IMG/VR virus record: IMGVR_UViG_3300027770_000025
Span: 62,001-126,000 of that record
Length of the DNA: 64,000 nt
Direction: 5' to 3' (one strand)
The notes beneath the pieces were generated by a model that searched no databases, was not told the DNA's origin, and saw only the letters and a list, made by a program, of their open reading frames with translations. Below, piece after piece: positions 10,271 to 20,315 of this stretch. Each line of letters starts with the position of its first letter. Positions within the stretch are counted from its first letter, which is position 1. A program made the position numbers and the translations under genes.

Positions 10271-10716
10271 TATTCTCCTGTGGCCTTTCTGATTAGTAGC
10301 TCGCCTAGAACTTCGATCTCTCCAACCAGCTCCTGGAAGGGGACCTGCTCTATGTTCATTGAGCTCTTTGTTGCGTTGTATAGCTCATTAAGCTTGCCCT
10401 TATATTCGTTCTCGATCTGAGCAAAATCAAGTTCACCCTCAACACCCTGTGTGTAGTAGGGCAGCTTCACCTTGAAGTGATGGTAGGTGAGGAGTGCGTC
10501 TCCGCCCTTCTCTTTGGCACCCTGAGCTATCTTCGTGGCTCCAGCCAGCCTATTACTAGAGAACATCTCTAACGACTCTTGGGCTTCGAGCTCTTCGGCA
10601 ATCGGCACGCAGTTGGGCACGGTCTTGCCTTTCTTTGTTTTTGTGCCAATCTGTTTGTATCCGCTCCAGCATGGTGTGCTCTCATGCAGTTGCTCATATG
10701 TCTTTATCACCTTCAT
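10270..10716 (-). CDS. CTS-like-tagged protein with CWxGY..G.K.K.GK.VPNCVP phage motif
   Basis: MKVIKTYEQLHE; PCWSGYKQIGTKTKKGKTVPNCVP. Confidence 0.7.
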   Translation of the reverse strand: MKVIKTYEQLHESTPCWSGYKQIGTKTKKGKTVPNCVPIAEELEAQESLEMFSSNRLAGATKIAQGAKEKGGDALLTYHHFKVKLPYYTQGVEGELDFAQIENEYKGKLNELYNATKSSMNIEQVPFQELVGEIEVLGELLIRKATGE

Positions 10717-10945
10717 GTTCTTATATATCCTTGTCTTCTCTTTGTTCTTCGCCTAGTCTAAAGCGCGGGTCGGGGTCCCCTTGATTTCCCCTGCATCCCC
10801 CTTAAGTTCTGGCTCGGGTCCAAAAGTGCGGTCCAGGTCTTCACCGATTAAAAAACTTGGGGGGTGATGCTCTGGGCGCTCTTTGAAATCCCGCGCAGAT
10901 ATATAGATAACAGGGTAACCCATTTAAAACTAAGTAACACACAGT

Positions 10946-11686
10946 ATGCCAATACCAACATCAGATATCGCAATTGGAGACATAGCTGCAACATTAATAC
11001 CATCTTCAACCGACGTAAGTTTATACAATTTATATGACCACGCCTCAACAACATCAGGTATAAATGGTGGCTCTTCGGGTTATGCTGGTAACTTTCATAA
11101 CTTGGCTATGGGTGTGAGTTCACCAGATTATTTTGCAAATAAGATATGGGGACAATGGCATTACGGGAGCGATTTGCCCGTCGGAAACTGGGGAAATTAT
11201 AACTATGACGCGAATGTGGTACTTGATTGGGACATCTCGATGGCCGCCAACTTTAAACCCGCCGATTTATTTGCATGTGATATCTACCTTACCGATGCCT
11301 ACAATGGCGGGGCTGGCAACGTGCTATACCTTGTTGCAAATATCTCTTTGGGTGCAGGCCAAAGCAGCGTGGTGACAGATTTTGACACGAGCATACCTGC
11401 TTTTAGCACTTTTCAGACCTCGGGATACATGACCACGGGATACTACATATATGTAGTCCTCAGTTCAAATATAACGGGGTCGAATTGTATTGTCAGGGTT
11501 ATCTCAGGAGGATTTGGTGATACTGATGGGGTGGGACCAGATACAACCAGAACACGTTATAGTAATCAGATAAATGTTGGTATGAGTAATACGTTTAATG
11601 GGATTATCATCTCTGGTTCTACCGTTAGTGCGCAAATAGCCTACAACAAGAGAACATACTTTACGATTGAAGTAAAGCTGAGCTAG
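10946..11686 (+). CDS. Probable virion/structural beta-rich protein
   Basis: G/S/T/N-rich composition; GATATATA at 10898. Confidence 0.55.
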   Translation: MPIPTSDIAIGDIAATLIPSSTDVSLYNLYDHASTTSGINGGSSGYAGNFHNLAMGVSSPDYFANKIWGQWHYGSDLPVGNWGNYNYDANVVLDWDISMAANFKPADLFACDIYLTDAYNGGAGNVLYLVANISLGAGQSSVVTDFDTSIPAFSTFQTSGYMTTGYYIYVVLSSNITGSNCIVRVISGGFGDTDGVGPDTTRTRYSNQINVGMSNTFNGIIISGSTVSAQIAYNKRTYFTIEVKLS

Positions 11687-11773
11687 CCGATGTGGGTTAA
11701 CCTTGTCATGTTAGTGACGGAACACATCTGGTCATCCTAAGTAGGCAAACATCATTCAAGTCATTATAGCCGT

Positions 11774-11823
11774 TGTAGACATTTTGTAGACATTTTGTAG
11801 ACATTTTGTAGACATTGTAGACA
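11774..11823. repeat. Tandem TGTAGACA(TTT) repeat, 5 copies, mostly 11-bp period
   Basis: tgtagacattt x3, then tgtagacat, tgtagaca. Confidence 0.95.
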
Positions 11824-11828
11824 AACAC

Positions 11829-11885
11829 ATACCATTATAACCATATTAGCCAAACCTATACCATTATAACCATATTAACCAAACC
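11829..11885. repeat. 29-bp tandem duplication
   Basis: ataccattataaccatatta(g/a)ccaaacc twice. Confidence 0.9.
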
Positions 11886-12279
11886 CTCAGGTGATTTTGC
11901 TAGGCGGTTTGGCTACCCACCAGATACCTCATATGCGAGGCCCCCTCAAAAGGACCCCTGTGAGGGACCCCTAAATGGTACTCTTTGGTCCCTCCCCTAA
12001 TGTATGGGTCCCCTAGCTTGGCGATCCCAGCCCCTATAACTACCCCTATACGTGAGGGGGCTTTACCCTATATACAGGACCCCCTTTTTTAACCCCCCTC
12101 CACACCCTGGAGGGGCCCTCGTTTCTAGGAAGCCACTAAGTTTAAAAAAATATAGCTAAGTAGGAGTGGGAACGTTGACCACGGTTTCACCATAGCTTGC
12201 TAGCTTTTTCCAAAAGGTTTAGCCCACAAAAAAAGCCTAGTGTCCTAGGCTTCTGTGGGGTGTCAGTAAATTGTGTTTG

Positions 12280-12417
12280 CTAAAACTCGAAACTTGCGGT
12301 CCCGACGTAGTTGCCTACGATAACATTAAAAATTGAAATTAGGATTCCGCCGAATGCGATTATCCCTAGACCGATAGCCCAAACTTTAAAAGTGATTTCT
12401 ACTGCTGATGATTTCAT
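12280..12417 (-). CDS. 45-aa single-TM early peptide
   Basis: Manual translation MKSSAVEITFKVWAIGLGIIAFGGILISIFNVIVGNYVGTASFEF; own promoter and terminator. Confidence 0.65.
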   Translation of the reverse strand: MKSSAVEITFKVWAIGLGIIAFGGILISIFNVIVGNYVGTASFEF

Positions 12418-12492
12418 ATGAATTAGTTTTAATTGGTTATAAAGTAAATGTAAGACATCTAGTCCAGGATAAAAAATATTACTGGTTCTTTT

Positions 12493-12669
12493 TTAGAAAA
12501 TAAATTTTATCAACTCCCAGCACCCTATGATCACAGCTAAAGGAACGATGCCTATCTCTAGACCTCTGGCCTTTGAGTAGTTAAAATGAAGAGGGTTTGC
12601 TATCAGTGCCTTTAATACACTGTATAGTAGGAAGAACGGAAATACGATAATCTGAAGTAGTTCTCTCAT
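12493..12669 (-). CDS. 58-aa membrane peptide
   Basis: Manual translation MRELLQIIVFPFFLLY...; own early promoter. Confidence 0.6.
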   Translation of the reverse strand: MRELLQIIVFPFFLLYSVLKALIANPLHFNYSKARGLEIGIVPLAVIIGCWELIKFIF

Positions 12670-12777
12670 GTGTATATGTTTTAATTGGTTAGCACAAATA
12701 TAAAGGGTTATATCGGGATAAAAAAATAAAGCTCTTGGTATTCTGTGGCCGGCGGTTCCTGATGCTGCTCACGTTGT

Positions 12778-12951
12778 CTACTCGTTGCTATCTAGCTGCT
12801 CAATTAGCATTTCTGCAAGGTGACCTATCCATCTGCCTATCTGCCAACATCCAATAATTACAAGAAGTGAATCTGGCAATATGATGATTAAGGATAGCGT
12901 TACACATATCGCAATTATCATGATGGGAATAGTGTGTTTAATAAGCTTCAT
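12778..12951 (-). CDS. Small membrane protein (start revised)
   Basis: MKLIKHTIPIMIIAICVTL... Confidence 0.55.
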   Translation of the reverse strand: MKLIKHTIPIMIIAICVTLSLIIILPDSLLVIIGCWQIGRWIGHLAEMLIEQLDSNE

Positions 12952-13270
12952 AGTTAATGGATTTAAGTTGTTATTTATATAAGGGTTGTTGTCAATTGTT
13001 TCTGTCCGCGGAAAATGCTGCGAAGTTGCTGCGAAGTTGCTGCGAAGTTGCTGTAAAGAGTGGGAACGTTGACAACGGTCTACCCAGCTGCATGCTATTG
13101 CTTTTCCCATCTTTTTCCGGAATTTTTAGTGGGGGTTTTACAGCTGTGCTCTATGGTCGTACCGAGGGCAACGTTCCCGCAGCAGCTTAGAGTTTTTGCT
13201 TGGCGAATTCTTTGACCAATAAAAAAGGCCTCGTGTGAGGCCCCTTCGGTGATTTCGTGAAATGTGTGGG

Positions 13271-13444
13271 TTAGTACCCGTTTCCATCTTCCCACTCTTC
13301 ATCTTGAAGCGGGTGGTGGAACGCTGGTCCTTGTGGGAAGCCATTACCAGAAGCCTGGTGTGCGATTGCGGGTTGGGGTTTGTTGCCCATTTGGTTTGCC
13401 CAAAAAGATTTTGGAGTTACTGGGGAAAATTGGTGGTTTTTCAT
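13271..13444 (-). CDS. Small early protein (start revised)
   Basis: MKNHQFSP...; early promoter upstream, terminator downstream. Confidence 0.6.
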   Translation of the reverse strand: MKNHQFSPVTPKSFWANQMGNKPQPAIAHQASGNGFPQGPAFHHPLQDEEWEDGNGY

Positions 13445-13503
13445 ATGACGATTTATTAGTTGGTTACATAGCAAATATAAGAATTCCAGTTCAGGATAAA
13501 AAA

Positions 13504-13722
13504 TTAAAACCTATTTTTTTCATTTAGTCCGCTAACCTTTTTGCCCTCTGGCAGGATCGTCGATAGCATAAACATTGCTGCCAACATAAAGCTTAAGAAA
13601 CAAAATGCCATCTCGTTGAGAACGCCGGCAAAGTGAATGTAGGTTTGGATATCCCCTGTTGCAGTGAACACCCCGATTAGCATGCAAGCTAAGAATCCTA
13701 AAACGTTTAATAGATTTTTCAT
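13504..13722 (-). CDS. Small two-TM early protein
   Basis: Two hydrophobic segments; promoter upstream. Confidence 0.65.
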   Translation of the reverse strand: MKNLLNVLGFLACMLIGVFTATGDIQTYIHFAGVLNEMAFCFLSFMLAAMFMLSTILPEGKKVSGLNEKNRF

Positions 13723-13797
13723 GTGTATATGGTTTAGTTGGTTATAGCATAAAAGTAAACAATCCCGCCGCGGGAAAAAAATAAACCTGAGATTTTT

Positions 13798-13959
13798 TTA
13801 AATCTCAGGTTCAAGTAAATCCCAGGCAGTTTCTCCGGTCGGGATATTGTTTTTAAGAATTGTGTAATTCGGGTCCATGCCGGAATCCATGACGTCATTA
13901 AGCAACTCATCAAGGGTTGAAAATGATTTTGTGTAGTAATCGCAGTCTAATGTGTACAT
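13798..13959 (-). CDS. 53-aa acidic early protein
   Basis: Manual translation MYTLDCDYYTKSFSTLDELL...; promoter at ~13983. Confidence 0.65.
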   Translation of the reverse strand: MYTLDCDYYTKSFSTLDELLNDVMDSGMDPNYTILKNNIPTGETAWDLLEPEI

Positions 13960-14575
13960 AAGAAAGTGTTTAATTGGTTATCTAAATATAAGACATCTGA
14001 TTGGGATAAAAAAATAAATTTTAATAAAATTATAAATAAACTTTTCTGGAGTAATACAGGTTAAGAATCTAAAACCTGTTAACAGTCGCTGTACCGCTGT
14101 CAACGTTCCTTAGACTTTTTCCAGATGCTTCCAGATGCTTCCAGATTGTTCCAGGATAATAATCCGGATACATGCGCTGGAACGTTGACAGCGGTTTAAA
14201 TACGGAAAAGAATCTGAAAACAGTAGGTGGTTTCCCAGAGAATTCCTGGATTTTTCCAAGCATCTATGGATTTATGGAGTGGGAACGTTGACGACGGATA
14301 TAGACATGGTACAAATTCAAAAAACCCCTGAGGATTTTCCCTGTTTTTCCGCGGATACACAGGCTATAGATTGTGGTCGACGTTCCCGCTCATTTCTATC
14401 AGGATCTTTCGTGGTTTAATATAGGATGTTCATGTGGTTTAACGTATGGGTTTCTGATGTATCCATGAAATATCCAGATGTTTTCAGATGTATCCAGGGT
14501 GTATTCAGATGTTTTCAGTCGCGGGAACGTTGACGACGGTTTAAGCAACAGACAGCAACAGACAGCAACAGTAGT

Positions 14576-14719
14576 TTATTGCTTGTTCTTTCTAATGATG
14601 GGGGTGATTATTCGGTCTAGTATTTCGAAAGATACTATCACCATTCCTAATATAGCTGCTGCTATCATGCTTATAAAGCCCACTGCTAACACCAAAGGTA
14701 ATCTTATTAGTCTTTTCAT
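14576..14719 (-). CDS. 47-aa single-TM peptide
   Basis: Manual translation MKRLIRLPLVLAVGFISMIAAAILGMVIVSF... Confidence 0.45.
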   Translation of the reverse strand: MKRLIRLPLVLAVGFISMIAAAILGMVIVSFEILDRIITPIIRKNKQ

Positions 14720-14885
14720 ATCTTCTTTTTCTTTTTCTTATACGAAGCTTACATGGCTTCTTCTTATCTACCATCTCCGTGGCCGGCTTTCCTGAGTTGA
14801 GATTCGGAAAATATTTAGCAGGTTCTATAACTTCTTTCTCACATGAAATAAAAAAGAGTGGTATAAGTAACAGTAATTTATTCAT
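14592..14885 (-). CDS. Possible small lipoprotein
   Basis: MNKLLLLIPLFFISC signal/lipobox-like; overlaps the previous ORF. Confidence 0.4.
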   Translation of the reverse strand: MNKLLLLIPLFFISCEKEVIEPAKYFPNLNSGKPATEMVDKKKPCKLRIRKRKRRYEKTNKITFGVSSGLYKHDSSSYIRNGDSIFRNTRPNNHPHH

Positions 14886-15100
14886 ATATGTATTTATCAG
14901 ATTTATTAAAACTCCTAAAACCCTCCGCGTGCGGGAGTATGTTAGCACCATACTATGTGCAGGAAGTTATGCATTTTTCCACGCATCTTCGGGACGGGAA
15001 CGTTGACAACGGTCTTCGGATTCGTACTAGATAAAAACTCGGGACAACAAAAAAGCAGACCGAAGTCTGCTTTTTATTAAATTACTTTAAAATAATGTTA

Positions 15101-15427
15101 CTAAGAATATTCATCACACTCCCTTAAAAATTCAATATCCATTTCATCAATATCACCTATTGATATTTCATCATATTCTCTGTTTATAAATTTCTTTCCC
15201 TCTATTAAACACTCTGTTATAATCTCCACATTTAAAATAGCTCCTATTAAACTCTCAAACCCCATTCCTGAATCTAGACTTCCGTCTGATAAAGCCTTCT
15301 CTGCCAACTCTCTAATATCGGGCATAGAGTCGCCAGTAATCTTAATGGTTGGGTAAGCTCCTCTTCCGCCTCCCCATAAATTTCCTAGTAAAAATCCTTC
15401 GGCGTGATAACTAATTTTCTTTTCCAT
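15101..15427 (-). CDS. Early hypothetical protein
   Basis: ORF with own promoter and GCAGAC/GTCTGC terminator. Confidence 0.75.
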   Translation of the reverse strand: MEKKISYHAEGFLLGNLWGGGRGAYPTIKITGDSMPDIRELAEKALSDGSLDSGMGFESLIGAILNVEIITECLIEGKKFINREYDEISIGDIDEMDIEFLRECDEYS

Positions 15428-15760
15428 GTTTGTTTAGCTTTAGTTGGTTATGATGCAAATATAAGAAACTAGATAGAGATAAAAAAATAAAATGTGAAAA
15501 TAATTTAATTCTTAATGACCACACAAACAGATGTTGGAGATCGGGGAACGTTGACAACGGTTTTACCCCAACTCTATCTGGAAACTCCCTTCTTCTTTTT
15601 TCTCCAGATAATCCTCTTTTTCCCAGAGTGTTTTCCACCCGGTCTAGGAGCGGGAACGTTGACAACGGTTTTACCCTGAGATGTGGATTACTTTAGTAAA
15701 AATTTGTCCACAAAAAAAGCAGACCGAAGTCTGCTTTCTTATTGACTATGAATCAACAGC

Positions 15761-16264
15761 CTATCCTTGTTTAAAGAATAGGTCGTCGACTTTGATTTGT
15801 GTGCTAGCTAAAACATGTTGAAGACAATCAGGACCGAAGCCGGTGTTAATTGATTCTGGGTGTGTTAGCGGTAATGCACACCGGAAGCATTTTCCTTCGT
15901 GCAATAATGATACCTTCTTATCCCTTAGGATCTGTGGATTCTCTAGCGCATTCATAATGAATTTCATAACCTGACCAAGTTGACTTTCGCTTGGAACGTT
16001 GCGGTGTAGTTTGCAAATCATACTGTCTTTGAAAATTGTACCTGCAAAAACGTAACCAGTTTGGCGATCGCCTAATAGGCTAACGAACACGTAGAAAATT
16101 GGAAGCTTAATCTTACGGTCGTTCTTGTCCGTGAGTTGCTTAACCTTTACGGTCATGTGAGTTTCTTTTTCTGTGTTGCGGAACGTGAGTACTGCACGAC
16201 CTGCAAAGAAAAGAGTTGGTAATGCGAGCGGGTTAACATTTGAACGGATAATTGGCTTTCTCAT
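15761..16264 (-). CDS. DUF6011-like Zn-finger protein
   Basis: CFRCALPLTHPESINTGFGPDC. Confidence 0.75.
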   Translation of the reverse strand: MRKPIIRSNVNPLALPTLFFAGRAVLTFRNTEKETHMTVKVKQLTDKNDRKIKLPIFYVFVSLLGDRQTGYVFAGTIFKDSMICKLHRNVPSESQLGQVMKFIMNALENPQILRDKKVSLLHEGKCFRCALPLTHPESINTGFGPDCLQHVLASTQIKVDDLFFKQG

Positions 16265-16693
16265 GGTGTATGTGTTTTAATTGGTTAATGCAAATATAAG
16301 ACCTTAACCCGGGATAAAAAAATAAAGCCCAGACTAATCCGGGTTTATTTTTAATCGAATATTTACACCTCAAGTATAAAAAATTGCTTTTTTTTAAACT
16401 TTATAAATCTGCTGGGAATCGTTCAGACCACGGGAACGCTGGTGGTGTTCCCATGCCCCCTTCTTCTTTTTCGGTTTGTATTTGTTGGCATCCTCATTGT
16501 TCAGAAACCACCTTATCCTCTTTCCATCTCACTGTACCGTGCTTATCCTCTATCACCTCATGCTCGTGGTGGGATTCCGTTTTAAAGATTTGTTTATAAT
16601 CTTTAATTTCATAAAGAGATTTTCTGTCTATTATTTTCATTTGATTTCTTTTAAATCCCTCGCGAGCGTGAGTATGTTAGTGACATACTATGT

Positions 16694-16963
16694 TTAGAAT
16701 AAACCTAGTTGGCGTATGCTTCTCTCGCCGAACTCCCTGTTTATCTGTTCTATTGTTTGATGACTCCTTGGATCTTCATCTTCAGAATACCAAACTTCAA
16801 ATGTGGTTTCGCCATTTCCGTATAGACTGCGCCCAGCACCACCACCTACAACGGAAGCGCTGGTTCCGTTTGGTAATTCCAGAAATGCAGATTTACCTCC
16901 TGGAACTACCTGGTGTGGTTTAAACACCAGGTCTTCAAAGGTGAAGATTTTTAGTTCTTGCAT
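16694..16963 (-). CDS. Early hypothetical protein
   Basis: SVVGGG..LYGNGETTFEV. Confidence 0.7.
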   Translation of the reverse strand: MQELKIFTFEDLVFKPHQVVPGGKSAFLELPNGTSASVVGGGAGRSLYGNGETTFEVWYSEDEDPRSHQTIEQINREFGERSIRQLGLF

Positions 16964-17121
16964 AGTATCAATCTTACGTTTTCGTTCTCGATAACATCAA
17001 AGGCTTTTCTTTCCTCTGTGATTTGGGTGTTAATCTTTTTAAGAGCTTCAATCATATTTCGGAATGCTGCTTGCATTTCCAAAAATTCTTTTCTGTTTTC
17101 ATCATTTGATTTCTCTGACAT
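16951..17121 (-). CDS. 56-aa early coiled-coil-like peptide
   Basis: Manual translation MSEKSNDENRKEFLEMQ...; promoter at ~17148. Confidence 0.55.
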   Translation of the reverse strand: MSEKSNDENRKEFLEMQAAFRNMIEALKKINTQITEERKAFDVIENENVRLILCKN

Positions 17122-17197
17122 GGCGTTTGTTTTAATTGGTTACAAAGCAAATATAAGAAACATGATTGAGATAAAAAAATAAAAGAGAGGATATTTT

Positions 17198-17386
17198 CTA
17201 AGCTCTTTCTATATCTAAATCCCCATATCTGTCACGGACTGGTATCCATCCGTAAATCATTCCAACCTCATCTACCCAATCATAAAGACCCATTCTGTCA
17301 TCCTCATGGGCTTTGTTGTTCCACTCGGCTAAGTCCTTTCTGACTAAGCTCCACCACTCATCTTTTGTTGCTGCTGTTACTGTCAT
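17198..17386 (-). CDS. Early hypothetical protein
   Basis: ORF track; follows 17390..17611. Confidence 0.6.
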   Translation of the reverse strand: MTVTAATKDEWWSLVRKDLAEWNNKAHEDDRMGLYDWVDEVGMIYGWIPVRDRYGDLDIERA

Positions 17387-17389
17387 AAT

Positions 17390-17611
17390 TTAGTCCTCCT
17401 CTTCGTTTAGTGGGGCAAACATTTTCCTGCCCATGTTAATAAAGTTATCGTACTCTCTTTCTCCCATTGAAGTCTTTAACTCTTCAACAGCTTCTTTGTG
17501 CTCTTTGATTTTTAATCTGGCTTTGTCCCAGTCGCCAGATGCTGCTGATTCTTTAATTTCCCAGTTGGTATCTAATACCTTTCTGAAGATTGCTGATTGT
17601 TCGTCGGTCAT
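17390..17611 (-). CDS. Early hypothetical protein, paralogue of 34538..34750
   Basis: Shared MTxxQ..F and L..SMG..EY......GR pattern. Confidence 0.7.
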   Translation of the reverse strand: MTDEQSAIFRKVLDTNWEIKESAASGDWDKARLKIKEHKEAVEELKTSMGEREYDNFINMGRKMFAPLNEEED

Positions 17612-17673
17612 GATGTGGTTTATTATTTGGTTAATACAAAGATAAGAAATTGGATCGGGATAAAAAAATAAAA

Positions 17674-17973
17674 CTATAAATCATTTAGAATTTCAAATGA
17701 ACTAATTCGTCTCGAACCAACACCAGTTGCTAGTATTGATTGAATCTCCTTGTCCAAGTCCTCCACCTTTTTAAAATTCCGCGCACCGATAGGGAGGGAA
17801 CGTTGGAGTTGCATGTTGGATATACTGAATCCCGTTCCGCTGGATTGCCAACCACCGTAGTAGTTGTAAGAGAGTGTGTTGTCCTCACGAAGAACAACTG
17901 ATAAAGTTTTTGAGTTTCCCTGTGGTCCGTAAGTCGGATCAAATAGACGGTAAATAATAAGTAGTTTTTTCAT
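17674..17973 (-). CDS. Early hypothetical protein
   Basis: Own promoter. Confidence 0.7.
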   Translation of the reverse strand: MKKLLIIYRLFDPTYGPQGNSKTLSVVLREDNTLSYNYYGGWQSSGTGFSISNMQLQRSLPIGARNFKKVEDLDKEIQSILATGVGSRRISSFEILNDL

Positions 17974-18055
17974 GGTTGGTTATATTTAATTGGTTAATGC
18001 AAATATAAGATTCCCTGTTGGGATAAAAAAATAAAACTGAATAATTTAACTTACC

Positions 18056-18244
18056 CTACCCTCGTCGTTTGATTATTAGTTTTACCTCAGCAACTAATTC
18101 TTTTGATTCTGTCTTAACCGTTAACGGATTCGCTCCGGGACGATGTGTCTTAAAGAATTTAACAATTGCGGGTACGTTTAGCATACCGCCATTAATTAAT
18201 TCTATAATTTCTGCTCTAATTTCTGTGGTTGTCATTGCGTTCAT
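18056..18244 (-). CDS. Early hypothetical protein (start revised)
   Basis: Own promoter at ~18263. Confidence 0.6.
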   Translation of the reverse strand: MNAMTTTEIRAEIIELINGGMLNVPAIVKFFKTHRPGANPLTVKTESKELVAEVKLIIKRRG

Positions 18245-18349
18245 ATTTGTCTTATTAATACTCAAATATAAGATAATAAATCGGAGTAAAAAAATAAATA
18301 CAGATTATTACTGCATGGTGTTTTCTGATGTAGCAGATAGTTCGAAACG

Positions 18350-18777
18350 TTGTCAACGTTCCTGCGCCGCAACCTTGTTTGTCTTATGGGAATTGATATA
18401 TAGATTAATAAAAAATAAAAAAACTAATGAAAAATTTTAATTCTTTCGAAGATTTCAGTAACCAAAAAATAAACGAGGCAGCGGGCGTAGCTCCTTTTTA
18501 TGATAGCGTAAGCCAAATGAATGCTATATTAGCAAGTGATGATATTGCGGGTAAAATGGAAATGATGTTCATTGACAGTATGACCTATGCAGAGGATCTC
18601 ACATGGATTCTTAAAAGTAAAGATCGTCCCAGATTTATTTTAAAGGTAACTTTAATAGCTGAGGGCGGAGGATATGGTGCTAAAAAATATACTGTAGGTA
18701 AAGTAGTAAAAACTATTGCAACACCTTAATTGTATTGTCAACGTTCCTGCGCCGCAACCTTGTTTGTCTTATGGGAA
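18350..18777. mobile_element. Gene cassette bounded by a perfect 43-bp direct repeat
   Basis: ttgtcaacgttcctgcgccgcaaccttgtttgtcttatgggaa at 18350-18392 and 18735-18777. Confidence 0.6.
18427..18729 (+). CDS. CTS-like-tagged late protein inserted in the early region
   Basis: MKNFNSFEDF..INE; GATATATA at 18395; opposite strand to neighbours. Confidence 0.75.
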   Translation: MKNFNSFEDFSNQKINEAAGVAPFYDSVSQMNAILASDDIAGKMEMMFIDSMTYAEDLTWILKSKDRPRFILKVTLIAEGGGYGAKKYTVGKVVKTIATP

Positions 18778-18856
18778 ACCTTGGAGCACAAAAAAAGAGA
18801 CCGAAGTCCCTTTCTCTGTGGGTAACCAAACCCATATCAAACACACATGATAATTT

Positions 18857-19054
18857 TTAATCCTCTATTTCGAATTGGTCTTCTTCGGGAATAACGGAAA
18901 GGGTTCTTCCACTATCCCATTTAACAATGATCTGACCTATTCCGTCTACTTTAACTACTGTACCCATAGCTCCCGGTTCGATTGGTTCAATATCATCCAT
19001 AAGAATCATTTTAATTCTTTTTCCTTCGATGTTTTTGCTGGTCAGGTGTTTCAT
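18857..19054 (-). CDS. DUF4314-like protein
   Basis: MDD..PIEPGAMGTVVKVDGIGQIIVKWDSGRTLSVIPEED. Confidence 0.75.
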   Translation of the reverse strand: MKHLTSKNIEGKRIKMILMDDIEPIEPGAMGTVVKVDGIGQIIVKWDSGRTLSVIPEEDQFEIED

Positions 19055-19121
19055 TGTCTTTTTCTTTTATTGGTTAATACAAAGATAACGTTTATATTCG
19101 GGATAAAAAAATAAAATCCGA

Positions 19122-19517
19122 TTATTCCCAATCATCATCTTCCTCTTCCTCTTCTGCGTAGAAGAAACCCTGAGCTTCGCAGGACTCCGGGTTCGGTAAG
19201 CTATTATACTGAGCTACCACATCGTCCTCTAACTCATGAACAAACTTCGGATAGATTACTCCGGGAGTGTTGTCCCCGCCTGGATTGTTCCTGAATACTA
19301 AATCAATTCCTGCACCTCGGTCTTCAGGTAAACCATTTAGCTCGCATAGGAGATCATAAAAATCCTTTCCACCAAACTCTCCGTAACCTTCATAATCAGG
19401 TTCGGTAAATACCCGTCCGTCCGGTGCAATCATATGCACTGTGAATGTTGGACGAGTTGAACAGTTGTTTGCGATTGACTCATCAGTATCGCACGTTTTC
19501 CAGCTAAAGAATCCCAT
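19122..19517 (-). CDS. Early conserved phage protein
   Basis: MGFFSW...YEGYGEFGGKDFY. Confidence 0.75.
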   Translation of the reverse strand: MGFFSWKTCDTDESIANNCSTRPTFTVHMIAPDGRVFTEPDYEGYGEFGGKDFYDLLCELNGLPEDRGAGIDLVFRNNPGGDNTPGVIYPKFVHELEDDVVAQYNSLPNPESCEAQGFFYAEEEEEDDDWE

Positions 19518-19752
19518 AGTGTTTTAGTTTTAATTGGTTATGGAGTAAAAGTAAGGTATCAGGTCGGGATAAAAAAATAAAAACTGAAAAAATACTCCGC
19601 CGGAGAAAGTAATAAAAACAGATGCTTCTGCTGGAGAAAACAGTATGCAGCCGCGGGAACGTTGACAGCGTTCTTCGGATTCGCAGCTGTGGAAAACCTA
19701 CGGCAACAAAAAAGGCAGACCTAAGCCTGCCTTTCAAAAGATTTTAAATCTT

Positions 19753-20061
19753 TTATTCGTCTAATTCGTTTAGTGCTCCTGCAATTTCATTTACAGCCAG
19801 ATCTGTAGAAAGTGATGAATGTCCGCCAATGTGCCATTCTATTAGTTCATTCTCATCCAATACCCTGTATTCCTTCCAATCATAAACTGTAAATACCTCA
19901 CCCTTCTCAGTCTCCATGACCCATTCGAAGTTTACCTTGTCCTTGCCATCATTCGTTTCAGAAACTGGAAGACCTAATATTTTTCGAAGGTCTGATACTG
20001 ATGCATTGAATACATCCCCATGGAAGCTTGTCCCACTTGGTGACTTTGATGGTTTTTTCAT
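19753..20061 (-). CDS. Early conserved phage protein (start revised)
   Basis: DKVNFEW...FTVYDWKEY...WHIGG. Confidence 0.75.
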   Translation of the reverse strand: MKKPSKSPSGTSFHGDVFNASVSDLRKILGLPVSETNDGKDKVNFEWVMETEKGEVFTVYDWKEYRVLDENELIEWHIGGHSSLSTDLAVNEIAGALNELDE

Positions 20062-20315
20062 AATTGTATAAGTTAGTTGGTTATGATGCAAATATAAGAT
20101 TCCTGGTTGGGATAAAAAAATAAAATGCTAAAATAGTTTTATTTTTCTTTAAGATGTTGAAGCTGTAGATAAAGATGTTACCCACATATAAAAAGATGTA
20201 GAAGTCGCGGGAACGTTGACAGCGTTCTTTGGATTCGCAGCTGTCGAAAACCTATGGCAACAAAAAAGGCCAAACCTAAGTTTGACCTCTTTAACCAATC
20301 AACCAACTTAACCAA

